A stretch of DNA of 62,399 nt from an uncultured Thermoproteaceae archaeon (GCA_964575955.1 CAZNTG010000011.1:1-62399), one strand, 5' to 3'; positions 39,731-50,909 are shown, numbered from the stretch's first letter. Notes: generated from the sequence alone by a model not told the origin. Numbers and translations: made by a program.

Positions 39731-39844
39731 AAGCTATCCCGCACTTAATATATATAACTTAGAACTTTTTAACTCTGCTTTCACTATACACGTGTAAAGA
39801 ATATCAAGTTTAACACTTTTAAGTTAGTTTCTAAATTATTAATA

Positions 39845-41827
39845 TTGGTATCATTCATGCAGGTTATATACGTAGGACCTTGGTATATAGTAGCACTATT
39901 AGCACCACTAATATTTTGTCCTCTAGCTTTAATATCTAGAAGATCTGCGCCAATAATATCACTAATATTACAGTCAATATCTCTAGGCATTGTTCTTGCA
40001 TCACTACCATTTATAGCAACAGGAAAGATAATAGAAGTAATTGCAGGTAAATGGCTAGACCTGTCAAGTCTAGGCTTCGTATCTTACATAGCATTTAGAA
40101 TTGACGTTCTCTCATGGTTGATGTTATTCATAATTACATTCATTGGATTACTAATCTTCATATATTCTGTAGGATACATGGAGCATGATCCATACGTACC
40201 AAGATTCTGGCTCTTCATGCTCATGTTCTCAGGTTCTATGATTGGTCTAGTAGCTACAGATGACATGTTTCTACTATTCCTATTCTGGGAGATAACAACT
40301 CTCTCAAGCTTTGCCTTAATCGGTCATTGGGTACACTATGAGAGAGCATTATATGGATCTATTAAGGCATTGATGCTCACAGGTTTTGGTGGATTAATAA
40401 TGGCTATCGGACTGTACATACTTATGGTTAGTGCACACACACCACTCATAAGTGTACTCTTTACAAAACTTAACACACTACCACCACAGGTTGTCAGTAT
40501 TGCAGCTGCATTAATATTGATCGGAATTATGGCAAAATCTGCACAATTCCCATTCTTCACATGGTTACCAGATGCAATGGAGGCACCTACACCAGTTAGC
40601 GCATTTCTACACAGTGCTGCAATGGTTAAAGCCGGAGTCTACCTATATGCAAGATTTATACCACTATTTGCACAGAATCTATATGTTGCATGTGGAGCAC
40701 TTGCAATATTTGCAATAACTGCACTTATCGGAGCTATGTATGCAGCAATTGAGAGTAATGCTAAGAGAATTCTAGCATACTCAACAATTAGCCAACTTGG
40801 ATACATGCTTGCAGCCTTTGCACTATCAAGCATATTACTTGGACTTGCACCAACAGTTACTGGAAGTCTAAGAACAGCACTACTACTACTGTCAGGATTT
40901 GCAATGCTTGCAGGAATGCTACACCTACTAAATCATGCACTATTCAAAGCAGCACTCTTTCTAGCTACAGGCGCTGTAGAGCATGAGGTAGGTACTAAAG
41001 ATATCGATGAGATGGGTGGATTTATAAGACAGACACCTAAGCTAGCTGCAGGATTTACAATATGTGTACTAGGTCTAGTAGGTGTTCCACTATTCAATGG
41101 ATTTATCAGTAAGTGGATGATATATCAATCACTGATAGGTGCATTAATTAGAAATACATCAGTAACACTACTACTCCTAATAACACTTGCAATACTACTA
41201 TTCGGTACAGCACTAACAGCTGCCTATGGAATAAGGATGATATATGGAATATTCTTCGGTCTCTCACCAAAGAGACTACATGCAGCAGAGCCACCATACG
41301 TCATGTTGATACCAATACTCATACTTGCTGCTGGTGTAATATTCCTTGGAGTATGGCCAAACATTGCACTAGCACTATTCCACATAATGCCATCACCATA
41401 CGCAGTAACCTATGTACCACCACTAAGCTTCATAATAATACCTGTAAGCTTTGGAACTGCAACATCAATATCGATGATATATACAGCAATACTATTTGGA
41501 ATTGCAATATTGATAGGACTATTCGGATTCTTAAGTAAGGCTAAGCTTAGAACAGTATCAGAACCATTCATTGGAGGTGAAAGTCTAAGCATAGTGATAG
41601 AGCATGGAGTACCTAAAGCAAAGATAAGATCAGAATCATTCTTCTACGAAATTAAGGAAGTATTTACAGCAGTTAGAAGGAGGATTAATCCAGATGCTGC
41701 ATATCACGCATTTGCAAAAGCATTTGATGGAGTATCTAAAGGATTGAGATATCTAGAAGCTGGACATATCGTACTATATCTTGGACTTATAATTATTGGT
41801 GTAATAATAATACTAGCCTTTCTATAA
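39845..41827 (+). CDS. Antiporter-like membrane subunit (NuoL/MrpA/EchA-like)
   Basis: FWE, KSAQFPFFTWLPDAMEAPTPVSAFLHSAAMVKAG, AYSTISQLG, NHALFKAALF. Confidence 0.92.
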   Translation: MVSFMQVIYVGPWYIVALLAPLIFCPLALISRRSAPIISLILQSISLGIVLASLPFIATGKIIEVIAGKWLDLSSLGFVSYIAFRIDVLSWLMLFIITFIGLLIFIYSVGYMEHDPYVPRFWLFMLMFSGSMIGLVATDDMFLLFLFWEITTLSSFALIGHWVHYERALYGSIKALMLTGFGGLIMAIGLYILMVSAHTPLISVLFTKLNTLPPQVVSIAAALILIGIMAKSAQFPFFTWLPDAMEAPTPVSAFLHSAAMVKAGVYLYARFIPLFAQNLYVACGALAIFAITALIGAMYAAIESNAKRILAYSTISQLGYMLAAFALSSILLGLAPTVTGSLRTALLLLSGFAMLAGMLHLLNHALFKAALFLATGAVEHEVGTKDIDEMGGFIRQTPKLAAGFTICVLGLVGVPLFNGFISKWMIYQSLIGALIRNTSVTLLLLITLAILLFGTALTAAYGIRMIYGIFFGLSPKRLHAAEPPYVMLIPILILAAGVIFLGVWPNIALALFHIMPSPYAVTYVPPLSFIIIPVSFGTATSISMIYTAILFGIAILIGLFGFLSKAKLRTVSEPFIGGESLSIVIEHGVPKAKIRSESFFYEIKEVFTAVRRRINPDAAYHAFAKAFDGVSKGLRYLEAGHIVLYLGLIIIGVIIILAFL

Positions 41828-41866
41828 TAGGAAATTCTTATAACCTTTCTCAAATATTTTTTACAT

Positions 41867-42280
41867 ATGTCAGAATATTCTGACATACTCCCACCATATG
41901 TAGAAATTGAAAAGACAAAACCACAACTATTTGTTAAATGTCCTAGAGAGAAGATTAGAGATCTAGCTCAACATTTCGATAAACTAAAGCTTAGATTAAC
42001 CACACTCTCAGCTTTAGATCTTGGAGATAAGTTCTGCGTAATTTACCAATTCGCATTCTACCCAGCAATACATAATGGCAGGATGGGTGTTATACATGTT
42101 AAAGTTGAAGTTCCTAAAGATGATGCAAGAATACCAACAGTGAGCGATATTCTACCACCAGCATATCTATATGAACGTGAGGTTTGGGAGTTCTTTGGTA
42201 TAGTATTTGAAGGACATCCAAAACTAGATTACCTATTCCTGTCACCAGAATTTCCAAAGTTCCCACTTAGAAAATCATAA
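41867..42280 (+). CDS. Hydrogenase subunit (NuoC/EchD-like)
   Basis: YEREVWEFFGIVFEGHP, PLRK. Confidence 0.88.
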   Translation: MSEYSDILPPYVEIEKTKPQLFVKCPREKIRDLAQHFDKLKLRLTTLSALDLGDKFCVIYQFAFYPAIHNGRMGVIHVKVEVPKDDARIPTVSDILPPAYLYEREVWEFFGIVFEGHPKLDYLFLSPEFPKFPLRKS

Positions 42281-42403
42281 TCATATACTGAATAATTACT
42301 CAATATACACATCACACATATTTTTCGTATATCAATCTTCTAAATATTTCTACACTAGTGTAACCTTTAATAAGGAGAAATATGGAGATTATATGGGGAT
42401 AAA

Positions 42404-43630
42404 GTGAGCTCAATAATTCCGGTAGGCCCCTACCATCCTGCACTTCATGAGCCACTATTAATAAAATTGTATGTTGAGGGTGAATATGTTGTTGATGCTG
42501 ATGTCAAGTTTGGACATGTTCATAGAGGATTAGAATGGCTTGGTGAGAGACGTACCTGGATTCAGGTTCCATATCTAGCTGAGAGAATATGCGGTATATG
42601 TGGTGATGTTCATAGAAGGACGTATATTGCAGCTGTCGAGAAACTTCTAGATATTGAACCCCCACCAAGAGCTCAATATATTAGAGTTATAATGCTAGAA
42701 CTTGAGAGAATACACAGTCATCTTCTCATAATTGCAGCACTATTCCACGCAATGGGGTTTGATGCATGGTTTATGCAGATAATGGCTATACGTGAGAAAA
42801 TTATGGATCTATGTGAGCTAATTAGTGGTAATAGAAAGCACTACGCCATGTCTGTTATAGGTGGTGTTAGAAGAGATATTCCAGACGAGTTGAAGCCAAA
42901 GATTTTGAGAGTTATTCAGGAGGTTAGAGACTATACTAGAAAGGTCATAATACCTGTAATGGAGAGTGATAAGACATATCTAGCAAGGACTAGAGGTATA
43001 TCAGTAATACCGTATGACATAGCATTGAAATACTCACTTGCTGGCCCAACATTGAGAGGTTCTGGAGTATATTCAGACATAAGGTATGATGAGCCTTATG
43101 AAGTATATCCAGAAGTTGAGTGGTATGTTGTTACACATACTGATGGTGATAATTGGGCTAGAATGTATGTACGTGCTGTAGAGACGCTAGTATCATGCGA
43201 CATAATTGAAGATTGTCTAAGAAAGATGCCTAGTGGAGATATAATTCATCCAAAGGCAAAACCATGGCTTAGAGTACCTCCCAGAGTTCCTGAAGGTGAA
43301 GTAATGGCTAGATCTGAGGCACCTCGTGGTGAAGTTGCACACTATATACGTAGTACTGGTGGTGATAGACCTGACAGATGGAGAGTTAGAGCACCATCAT
43401 ATGCAAACTTTGCAGGAGTTAAGCCACTTCTGGTTGGCACTCACATAGCTGATGTTCCAATATCATACACATCTATAGATCCATGTTTATCATGTACTAA
43501 TAGGTTTGAGATTGTTGATGTTAAGACAGGTAAGGTTAAGGTTATGACAGAGCTTGAACTTAGAATGCTTTCACGTAAGTATACTAAATGTCTAAAGGAT
43601 GGGCTTAATAAGAAGGTTTTCACTATTTAA
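42404..43630 (+). CDS. Group-4 [NiFe]-hydrogenase large subunit
   Basis: GPYHP, HRGLE, L1 ERICGIC, EAPRG, L2 DPCLSCTNR plus C-terminal extension. Confidence 0.93.
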   Translation: MSSIIPVGPYHPALHEPLLIKLYVEGEYVVDADVKFGHVHRGLEWLGERRTWIQVPYLAERICGICGDVHRRTYIAAVEKLLDIEPPPRAQYIRVIMLELERIHSHLLIIAALFHAMGFDAWFMQIMAIREKIMDLCELISGNRKHYAMSVIGGVRRDIPDELKPKILRVIQEVRDYTRKVIIPVMESDKTYLARTRGISVIPYDIALKYSLAGPTLRGSGVYSDIRYDEPYEVYPEVEWYVVTHTDGDNWARMYVRAVETLVSCDIIEDCLRKMPSGDIIHPKAKPWLRVPPRVPEGEVMARSEAPRGEVAHYIRSTGGDRPDRWRVRAPSYANFAGVKPLLVGTHIADVPISYTSIDPCLSCTNRFEIVDVKTGKVKVMTELELRMLSRKYTKCLKDGLNKKVFTI

Positions 43631-43695
43631 TACATATCAAAGTAGTCATCTTCCATATACATACTTTTTATAAAATACTTAGAACTATGTAGCTT

Positions 43696-44292
43696 GTGGG
43701 ACTTCCCACTATAGCAATAGACACCACTGTAGGATTTATAGCTGCCATAATGTTTGGCTACGTATCTTCAAGATGTATTGTTGCTAGTAGTATACTAGCA
43801 GCAATATTGATACTATTAGCAACGATAGCTCTACCAGCAGTTTTAGGAAATTTAACAATAATTGAGATCTTATCTACATGCATATTTGCTGCAGCATTCA
43901 TAATCTATGGAGGTCTTGTGAGAAAGGCTGGTGGTAGAGCTGAGTATAATCCTAGACTTCCATCAGTATTTTTAGCAATTCTCACGATAATAATATTCTA
44001 CATTGCTTGGTACTCCTTTAAGGTTATTAATATACCTGTAGAATTTCTAACATACATATCTATAGCATTTGCACTAGTCTTTGCAACATTCCTATTTAGA
44101 GATACTGCTAAGATGGGTCTATCATTAATGATAGTGATATGGTGTCTACACTCAATAATACCTGAAACATATGCATTAATTGGTGTTGGTCTTGAAATAT
44201 TCTGCCTAGTTGCTGTTGGTGCAATGGTGTATTTCACATATAGAGAATATGGTACTAGAAATGTTGATGTTATGGTGAAGTTGAGATACTAG
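43696..44292 (+). CDS. Small multi-TM hydrogenase membrane subunit (HyfE/NuoJK-like)
   Basis: About 6 TM, C-terminal YGTRNVDVMVKLRY; cluster context. Confidence 0.6.
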   Translation: MGLPTIAIDTTVGFIAAIMFGYVSSRCIVASSILAAILILLATIALPAVLGNLTIIEILSTCIFAAAFIIYGGLVRKAGGRAEYNPRLPSVFLAILTIIIFYIAWYSFKVINIPVEFLTYISIAFALVFATFLFRDTAKMGLSLMIVIWCLHSIIPETYALIGVGLEIFCLVAVGAMVYFTYREYGTRNVDVMVKLRY

Positions 44293-44302
44293 GGGTGAGA
44301 TC

Positions 44303-45721
44303 ATGAACATAGTACTTCAACTCCTAATAGCTGGACTAGTAACGACATTTGCAGCAGCTGCAGTATCACCAGCTAGTTATCGTGCTGGTGCTTCAGTAGT
44401 TACTGCAGGTACTGTAGCAGGACTAATATTATCAATACAGATGTTAATAATGACATTTATAGAAAACCTCTCAACGTGTATAAGTATAGGATCACTGCTT
44501 TTTGCCATTAACAAGCTAACAGCATTATTTACATTTACTGTATTTGTAATAGGCTTTGCATCTGCATTATATGCAATTGACATACTGCCCAAGAGAGCGG
44601 AAGCGGTGCTTCCACCATTTCTGTCGCTATTCATATTCTCTGTAGCACTACTTGGACTATCTGCAGACTTCGTGACTGCATGTATAATGGTTGAACTTGT
44701 AGCATTGTCTATAGTATTCCTAATGTTTGCTGGTGATAAATATGCAAGTGAGGCTGGGCTGAAGTATCTATACATGACTCTCCTAGGCACAATAGTTGAA
44801 CTGGCTGGCATAGGATTACTGTACGGTTCCTATAAATATGTAAACATTGTAGGTTTATCTTTATTCTCTATAGGACTACTACTCAAGGTTGGCGTATTTC
44901 CATTCCATGCATGGCTACCTGATGTGCATGCGAGAGCACATACGTCTACAAGCGCCATCTTGTCAAGCGTAGCTGTAGCTGCTGGTTATGTTGCGCTGAT
45001 AAACATACTTATCTATCACTACATCAATATACTATCAATATTGGCACCATATGGGTACATACTACTCGGGTATAGTATGGCTAGCATGTTCTACGGATCT
45101 CTATGCGCAGTAACTCAGCCAGAGGTTAAGAGAGCATTAGCATACTCAACAATAGGACACATGGGATTTGCAGGAGTACCATTAGCATTAGCATTAATAA
45201 TACCTAAGGCAGCTGCAACATTCTTTGCAATATCTGTATTGTATGCCATTGTTCACTCGCTCGGGAAGGCACTGCTATTCTTAGCAGGCGGTATACCCGT
45301 GTCACTATATAGAGCAGCTGAATACACACTTCTAGGTGGACTGTTTAGAAGACACAAGGTAGCGACATGGACATTCCTAGGAGGTGCACTTACACTATCA
45401 GGACTTCCACCACTGCCCGGTTTCTTTGCTAAGCTATTTGTGCTTTACTCATTAGCATATGCGACAATAGTACTACACAGCTGGGTGATGGGTGGATTAT
45501 TAGGATTGGCAATCGGAATTGCAATAGTAACACCAGCATACGCAATTAGAAGACTATGGCATAGAACATTTCTAGGAGAGGCTAAGGAGTATCCAGAAGT
45601 GAGAAAGACGTATCTAGCAAATGCAGCATGTATAATACTGATGCTAACATTACTGATACTAGGAACATTACCACTATTCGCACTACTAGGACAAATTCTA
45701 GTCCCACCAATACACCTATAA
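44303..45721 (+). CDS. Antiporter-like subunit (NuoN/MrpD/HyfF-like)
   Basis: EAGLKY, KVGVFPFHAWLPDVH, AYSTIGHMG, HSLGKALLF, GLPPLPGFFAK. Confidence 0.88.
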   Translation: MNIVLQLLIAGLVTTFAAAAVSPASYRAGASVVTAGTVAGLILSIQMLIMTFIENLSTCISIGSLLFAINKLTALFTFTVFVIGFASALYAIDILPKRAEAVLPPFLSLFIFSVALLGLSADFVTACIMVELVALSIVFLMFAGDKYASEAGLKYLYMTLLGTIVELAGIGLLYGSYKYVNIVGLSLFSIGLLLKVGVFPFHAWLPDVHARAHTSTSAILSSVAVAAGYVALINILIYHYINILSILAPYGYILLGYSMASMFYGSLCAVTQPEVKRALAYSTIGHMGFAGVPLALALIIPKAAATFFAISVLYAIVHSLGKALLFLAGGIPVSLYRAAEYTLLGGLFRRHKVATWTFLGGALTLSGLPPLPGFFAKLFVLYSLAYATIVLHSWVMGGLLGLAIGIAIVTPAYAIRRLWHRTFLGEAKEYPEVRKTYLANAACIILMLTLLILGTLPLFALLGQILVPPIHL

Positions 45722-45723
45722 AA

Positions 45724-46206
45724 CTACTCTTCTAAAATCTCTAATAGAAAATTCACAACTTTATTCACACCCTTCTCAACTTCACTACTAAGCTCACACT
45801 CTTCAAACTCTTCATCACATATAGACAAATCTTTAATACATATACCTATAAATATTGGTTTAAAATTACCCTTAACATTCTTTATAAAATCTAAAACGAG
45901 AGAGACAGGTAGTTTATGAGTACTCACAGTTAAGCCTCTACTTAAACAATCTCTTATATTTTCAAAATCTTCAATATATATAACATCTCCAGGCTTTATA
46001 GATTCTCCCTCTGGTATTACGGCATCTACAATTATTAATTTTTGAAAATCTTTTCTAAGAATTTCACCTAGACATCTTTCAAAACCCATATCACATATAA
46101 CAACACTATCTCCATATCCATACTTCTCTAATCTTCTACAAACTTCAATACCAGCTCTATCATCTCTATAGAATATGCTTCCTAGACAGACTATAAGTGT
46201 TTTCAT
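45724..46206 (-). CDS. Hydrogenase maturation endopeptidase (HycI/HybD family)
   Basis: LGSIFYRDDRAG, IVDAV, STH, LSSEV. Confidence 0.85.
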   Translation of the reverse strand: MKTLIVCLGSIFYRDDRAGIEVCRRLEKYGYGDSVVICDMGFERCLGEILRKDFQKLIIVDAVIPEGESIKPGDVIYIEDFENIRDCLSRGLTVSTHKLPVSLVLDFIKNVKGNFKPIFIGICIKDLSICDEEFEECELSSEVEKGVNKVVNFLLEILEE

Positions 46207-46254
46207 GTAGATGAAAATTGTTAATTTATTTATAGAATTTTAACCTACTCCTTA

Positions 46255-48753
46255 TCAGTATTCTTTACCTCCATATATTCTGAATATTATGTCTTTAAAT
46301 ATCTCGTATTCTTCTGTCTCTCCAACTTTTCTATACTTCAATAGTTGTGCAATCTCATTAAGCTTCTCTAACATTATCTTCTTCTCAATAGATGCTATTA
46401 GTAGTCTTGTTAGTATTACAGCATCAGGATTTACACTTACATAGTCAATACCTGCACGTACTAGGAATTCTACTATGTCTGGATATACTGATGGTGCTTG
46501 ACCACATATGCCTACTGTCTTTCCATATCTATGTGCTTTTCTAATTATCTCAAACATTGCTCTTAGTACAGGCTTCTCTCTCTCATCGAAGTATCTTGGA
46601 TTTTCTCTTACGAGTATCTCATTATCTCTATCGACACCCATCACTAGCTGTGTTAAGTCATTACTACCTATTGAAAATCCATCTACATACTCTGCAAATT
46701 CTTCTACAAGTATTGCAATACTTGGAACTTCTGCCATAGCTATGACTTTGAAATCTCTTCCACGTATAAGTCCCTCTTCTTCAAGCATCTTGTTGAATGC
46801 CTTCAACTCCCATGGTGCACGTACGAATGGTACCATGACATGTACATTCTTTAGACCCATCTCATCACGAACCTTCTTAACAGCTCTAAGCTCAAGTCTA
46901 AATGCCTTCTCATACATTGGACTTATATACCTAGAAACTCCTCTCCAACCAAGCATTGGATTTCTCTCTTCAGGTTCAAACTTCTCACCACCTGTCAATT
47001 GTCTATACTCGTTAGTCTTGAAGTCACTAAATCTCACAATTACAGGTCTTGGATATATTGCAGATGCTACCTGTGCAATAGCGTCTGCTAGTAATGTTAT
47101 AAACTTCTCTTCTTTACCAATACTTATCAAGTATAGTGGATGTTCTTTAATTACACTACTTATAGTAAATTCAATTCTCATCAATCCAATACCGTCAAAT
47201 GGTAGATCTTTATATTCATGAATCTTGTCTGGAACCCCAAGATTCATGTATACTCCCGTTCCTGTTCTTACACTTCTATATATGTGTATTATTATCTCTT
47301 TAGGTGCAACACCTACTGCAGGTGCTGCCTCTACCTTCTTCTCCTCAACCTTAACAGCACCTTCATATACTACACCTCTAGAACCATCTACAGTATATAC
47401 CTCACCATCTTTCAATACTTGTGTAGCATTTCCAGTACCTACAACTGCAGGTATTCCAAGCTCTCTACTTACAATTGCTGCATGACTAGTCATACCTCCC
47501 TCATCTGTCACAATTGCTGCAGCAATCCTCATATATGGTACCCAGTCAGGATTTGTCATTTTCGTTACAAGTATATCACCGGGCTGCATCTTCTTTGCAG
47601 CTTCCTCAACTGTTAGACATATCTTAGCTCTACCTGTTGCAATTCCCGGACTTGCAGGTACACCCTTAGTAACAATCTTAGCCTCTGTTATTGGTACTTC
47701 TCTCTTCGCCTCTTTCTTCTCCTCCTCAAACTTACGACTCCAATATGTTTCATATCTTGCCTGTACTATGAATATATTATTTGGATATGGTAAATCTGCA
47801 TCAATAGCCCACTCAATATCCATTGGATTATTGTAGTGTTGCTCAAGCTTGATACCATACTCTGCAAGTTTTATAGCTTCTTCATCTGTTATGCTTGGAG
47901 CATTTGCCTTATCAGGTGGTAATTCTACAGTTTTTGTAAGTCCTTTCTCATCTCTAACAACTGCAATCTTCTTAGTATTAATCTTCTTATCAATAATCTT
48001 CAAACTCTTCTTATCAATAACAAACTCGTCAGGTGTTATCATTCCAGCAACAATACCTTCACCAAGACCCCACACAGACTCAATAACAACCTTATCTCTA
48101 TCACCAGTTACTGGATGTAGTGTAAACATCACACCTGCAGATCTAGCATTTACAAGTTTTTGAACAACAACAGACATGAATGTCTTATCATGAGGTATGT
48201 TATGTGAATCTCTATATGCAATTGCTCTCGCTGTAAATAGGCTAGACCATATCTTCCTCACGTAGTATACTACATCATCCTCACCTCTAACATTTAGATA
48301 TGTATCCTGTTGACCTGCAAAACTTGCTTCTGGAATGTCTTCAGCTGTTGCACTAGAACGTACAGCTACAGGAACGTTATCAATACCAACTCTCCTACAC
48401 AACTCTCTATATGCTTGTCTAATCTCATTCTCAATTTCTGGAGGCATTGGCTGAGACTCGATAAGACTTCTAATCTTCTTCTCAGCCTCTTCATACTCTC
48501 TAGGATCACGAGTCCTAACTACCTCTCGTAAAATTTCGAAAATCTTATCACGAAGACCAGTCTTCTCAATAAAGTACTTGTATGCATCTGCAGTAACAAC
48601 AAAACCTGGAGGTACAGGTATTCCAAGTCTAATCATCTCACCGAGATTAGCAGCCTTACCACCAACCTTCTCACGCATGTCCTTATTAACCTCTTCAAGC
48701 CACTTCACAAATCTAAATGACGTTACGAGAGTTGACTCACCAGTCACGCTCAA
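46255..48753 (-). CDS. ppsA: Phosphoenolpyruvate synthase
   Basis: GGKAANLGE, VRSSATAED, TSHAAIVSRE, RFSDFKTNEY, SIGSNDLTQ, ICGQAP. Confidence 0.96.
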   Translation of the reverse strand: MSVTGESTLVTSFRFVKWLEEVNKDMREKVGGKAANLGEMIRLGIPVPPGFVVTADAYKYFIEKTGLRDKIFEILREVVRTRDPREYEEAEKKIRSLIESQPMPPEIENEIRQAYRELCRRVGIDNVPVAVRSSATAEDIPEASFAGQQDTYLNVRGEDDVVYYVRKIWSSLFTARAIAYRDSHNIPHDKTFMSVVVQKLVNARSAGVMFTLHPVTGDRDKVVIESVWGLGEGIVAGMITPDEFVIDKKSLKIIDKKINTKKIAVVRDEKGLTKTVELPPDKANAPSITDEEAIKLAEYGIKLEQHYNNPMDIEWAIDADLPYPNNIFIVQARYETYWSRKFEEEKKEAKREVPITEAKIVTKGVPASPGIATGRAKICLTVEEAAKKMQPGDILVTKMTNPDWVPYMRIAAAIVTDEGGMTSHAAIVSRELGIPAVVGTGNATQVLKDGEVYTVDGSRGVVYEGAVKVEEKKVEAAPAVGVAPKEIIIHIYRSVRTGTGVYMNLGVPDKIHEYKDLPFDGIGLMRIEFTISSVIKEHPLYLISIGKEEKFITLLADAIAQVASAIYPRPVIVRFSDFKTNEYRQLTGGEKFEPEERNPMLGWRGVSRYISPMYEKAFRLELRAVKKVRDEMGLKNVHVMVPFVRAPWELKAFNKMLEEEGLIRGRDFKVIAMAEVPSIAILVEEFAEYVDGFSIGSNDLTQLVMGVDRDNEILVRENPRYFDEREKPVLRAMFEIIRKAHRYGKTVGICGQAPSVYPDIVEFLVRAGIDYVSVNPDAVILTRLLIASIEKKIMLEKLNEIAQLLKYRKVGETEEYEIFKDIIFRIYGGKEY

Positions 48754-48877
48754 CTACACGTCTAGATAACTTTTAAGGTTTTATTCAGAATAATGTTTAA
48801 CAAATGGCGAAGGATAGATATAGGATTTAACTATAATTGTCTTGAATAATAAAGAAATGTAGTAGTTTATAGTGTAG

Positions 48878-48934
48878 AAAAATGATGAAATGAACCCTGA
48901 TTGATAGATGAAAGTGCCTGGCGCAGCTGATCTC
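48878..48934 (+). ncRNA. Box C/D guide sRNA
   Basis: C ATGATGA 48882-88, D' TTGA 48901-04 (or CTGA 48897), degenerate C' ATGAAAG, guide TGCCTGGCGCAG, D CTGA 48927-30. Confidence 0.7.
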
Positions 48935-49176
48935 TACCTTCCTGGCAGTAACTGTATTTGCTGTGTCTTACTACCAATATCTTGATATCTCATAATTAGT
49001 AAGTGTATTGCTACTCTTATTGCTTCTGATCTTGATGGGAAGTATCCTTTCTGTACAAGCTTCTCCAATTCTCTAATCATCCACTCCGGCAAATGGACAC
49101 TAATAAGCTTCATACGTTCACGAGATTGAGCATTTTCATGCTTCGATTCATTTATTTTAACACCTTTACCACTCAT
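48934..49176 (-). CDS. Ribbon-helix-helix (CopG/Arc/MetJ; CdrS-like) transcriptional regulator
   Basis: MKLISVHLP...LVQKGYFPSRSEAIRVAI. Confidence 0.85.
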   Translation of the reverse strand: MSGKGVKINESKHENAQSRERMKLISVHLPEWMIRELEKLVQKGYFPSRSEAIRVAIHLLIMRYQDIGSKTQQIQLLPGR

Positions 49177-49377
49177 TGATCATATACATGTCTCAAATGC
49201 TTTTTAAGGATTATTACTCTGCCAAACATTTCTGTATCGTAGTATCGAGAGTTTGGTGAAGTACATATTCAGGACAGAAAACCTGAAGCAGGACTGGTAG
49301 TACAGTCAATATATATAGAAGGTTTAAAGGTTAGAAATAGATAAGTTTAGAAGTGCGTCTATATATATTCAGGATTT

Positions 49378-50841
49378 TTACTTAGCTGCTACCGCCTCAT
49401 CCTTTATCGATTCAAATATTGCTCTTCTGTAGTATCTCTTAGTCATGTCTGGTGGTACTAGTGTTAACTCATCTTCTGGTAGTATGCTCAGTACTTCCCA
49501 TGCTAGGTCTAGTGTTTGTTCAAATGTTCTTCTCTCGTAGAATCCTTGTGTTAAGAACTTTCTCTCAAATGCATCTGCAAATCTTAGATATCTCCTCTCT
49601 CTCCATCCAAGGTTTGCCTCTCCTACTAGTATTGCAAGCTTTCTAATCTCGACAGCTTTTGCATATGCTGCTACTAGCTGATTACCAACATACTTGTGGT
49701 CTTCTCTTGTCTTACCTTCACCTACAGCATCTTTCATAAGTCTTGAAAGGCTTGCAACACCTACAAACTCACCTACTACGTCTATTGGTGGGTAGATTCC
49801 TTTACCCCAAAGTGCTCTACTTAGAATTATCTGACCTTCAGTTATATATCCTGATAAGTCTGGTATTGGGTGTGTTATGTCGTCGTGCGGCATTGTGAGA
49901 ATTGGGAATTGTGTTAAGCTTCCCTTCTTACCTACAACTTTTCCACATCTCTCATATATTGTTGCTAAGTCTGTATACATGTATCCTGGATATCCTCTTC
50001 TACCAGGTAGCTCACCCTTACTGCTTGATAACTCTCTAAGACCTTCACAGTAGTTTGTCATGTCTGTCAAGATTGCTAGTACGTGATATCCCTTCTCCCA
50101 TGCTAGATATTCTGCAATTGTTAATCCAATTCTAGGTGCTAAGATACGCTCTGCTACTGGGTCATTTGCCAAGTTTAGAACTACTACAAGTCTTCTCAAT
50201 GCTCCAGTCTTCTTAAACTCGTTTAGGAAGAATAGTGCCTCCTCCATCTTAAGTCCAATACCTATGAACACGATGGCGAACTCCTCCTCCTTTCCTGGAA
50301 CTGTTGCTTGTCTAGCTACCTGTGCAGCTACTAAGTTGTGTGGTAGTCCTGATCCTGAGAATATTGGCAACTTCTGTCCACGAACCATTGTGAACATTGC
50401 ATCGATACCACTAATACCTGTCTCAATTGGCTCGTTTGGTGGTATTCTAGTGTATGGGTTTAATGGTTCTCCCATAACATCTCTATAGTCCTCTGCTGGT
50501 GGTAATGGTAATCCATCTCTAGGCATTCCCTTACCATCTAGAACTCTACCAATCAACTCTTCAGATACAGGAACTTTCAATGTCTCTCCATAGAATCTCA
50601 CAGTACTTCCAAGTGCTGGAAGTCCTAACGTACCTGTTAGGACTTGTGCAACTGCAAAGTTTTCACCAACCTCAACAACCTGTACTGTTCTTGGAACTCC
50701 GTCAGGTCCTGTAACTACACCGATCTCTCCATATGCAACACCTCTAGTTCTCTCAATAATTATTAGTGGACCCTTAACCTCTCTAACTGTTGAGTATTCT
50801 GAGATACCCTTAATTAGAGGAGCCTCAACTAACTTAGCCAA
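49378..50841 (-). CDS. atpB: A/V-type ATP synthase subunit B
   Basis: [56 protein letters not shown]. Confidence 0.96.
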   Translation of the reverse strand: MAKLVEAPLIKGISEYSTVREVKGPLIIIERTRGVAYGEIGVVTGPDGVPRTVQVVEVGENFAVAQVLTGTLGLPALGSTVRFYGETLKVPVSEELIGRVLDGKGMPRDGLPLPPAEDYRDVMGEPLNPYTRIPPNEPIETGISGIDAMFTMVRGQKLPIFSGSGLPHNLVAAQVARQATVPGKEEEFAIVFIGIGLKMEEALFFLNEFKKTGALRRLVVVLNLANDPVAERILAPRIGLTIAEYLAWEKGYHVLAILTDMTNYCEGLRELSSSKGELPGRRGYPGYMYTDLATIYERCGKVVGKKGSLTQFPILTMPHDDITHPIPDLSGYITEGQIILSRALWGKGIYPPIDVVGEFVGVASLSRLMKDAVGEGKTREDHKYVGNQLVAAYAKAVEIRKLAILVGEANLGWRERRYLRFADAFERKFLTQGFYERRTFEQTLDLAWEVLSILPEDELTLVPPDMTKRYYRRAIFESIKDEAVAAK

Positions 50842-50909
50842 GTCTAACCCCCTACGATACTAGGTTTATACCTATTTTAAAGCTTTATAGATGACTTCGC
50901 AGTAACACT

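Noticed and set aside
42404-43630. Complex I NuoD or Mbs sulfane reductase
   Set aside because: Both Ni-binding CxxC motifs, a C-terminal extension and a maturation protease are present
46508-48769. Long plus-strand ORFs opposite ppsA (for example 237 aa at 46508)
   Set aside because: Antisense shadows of a conserved gene, with Ser/Ile/Thr-rich composition and no motifs; the same applies to the other antisense ORFs in the track
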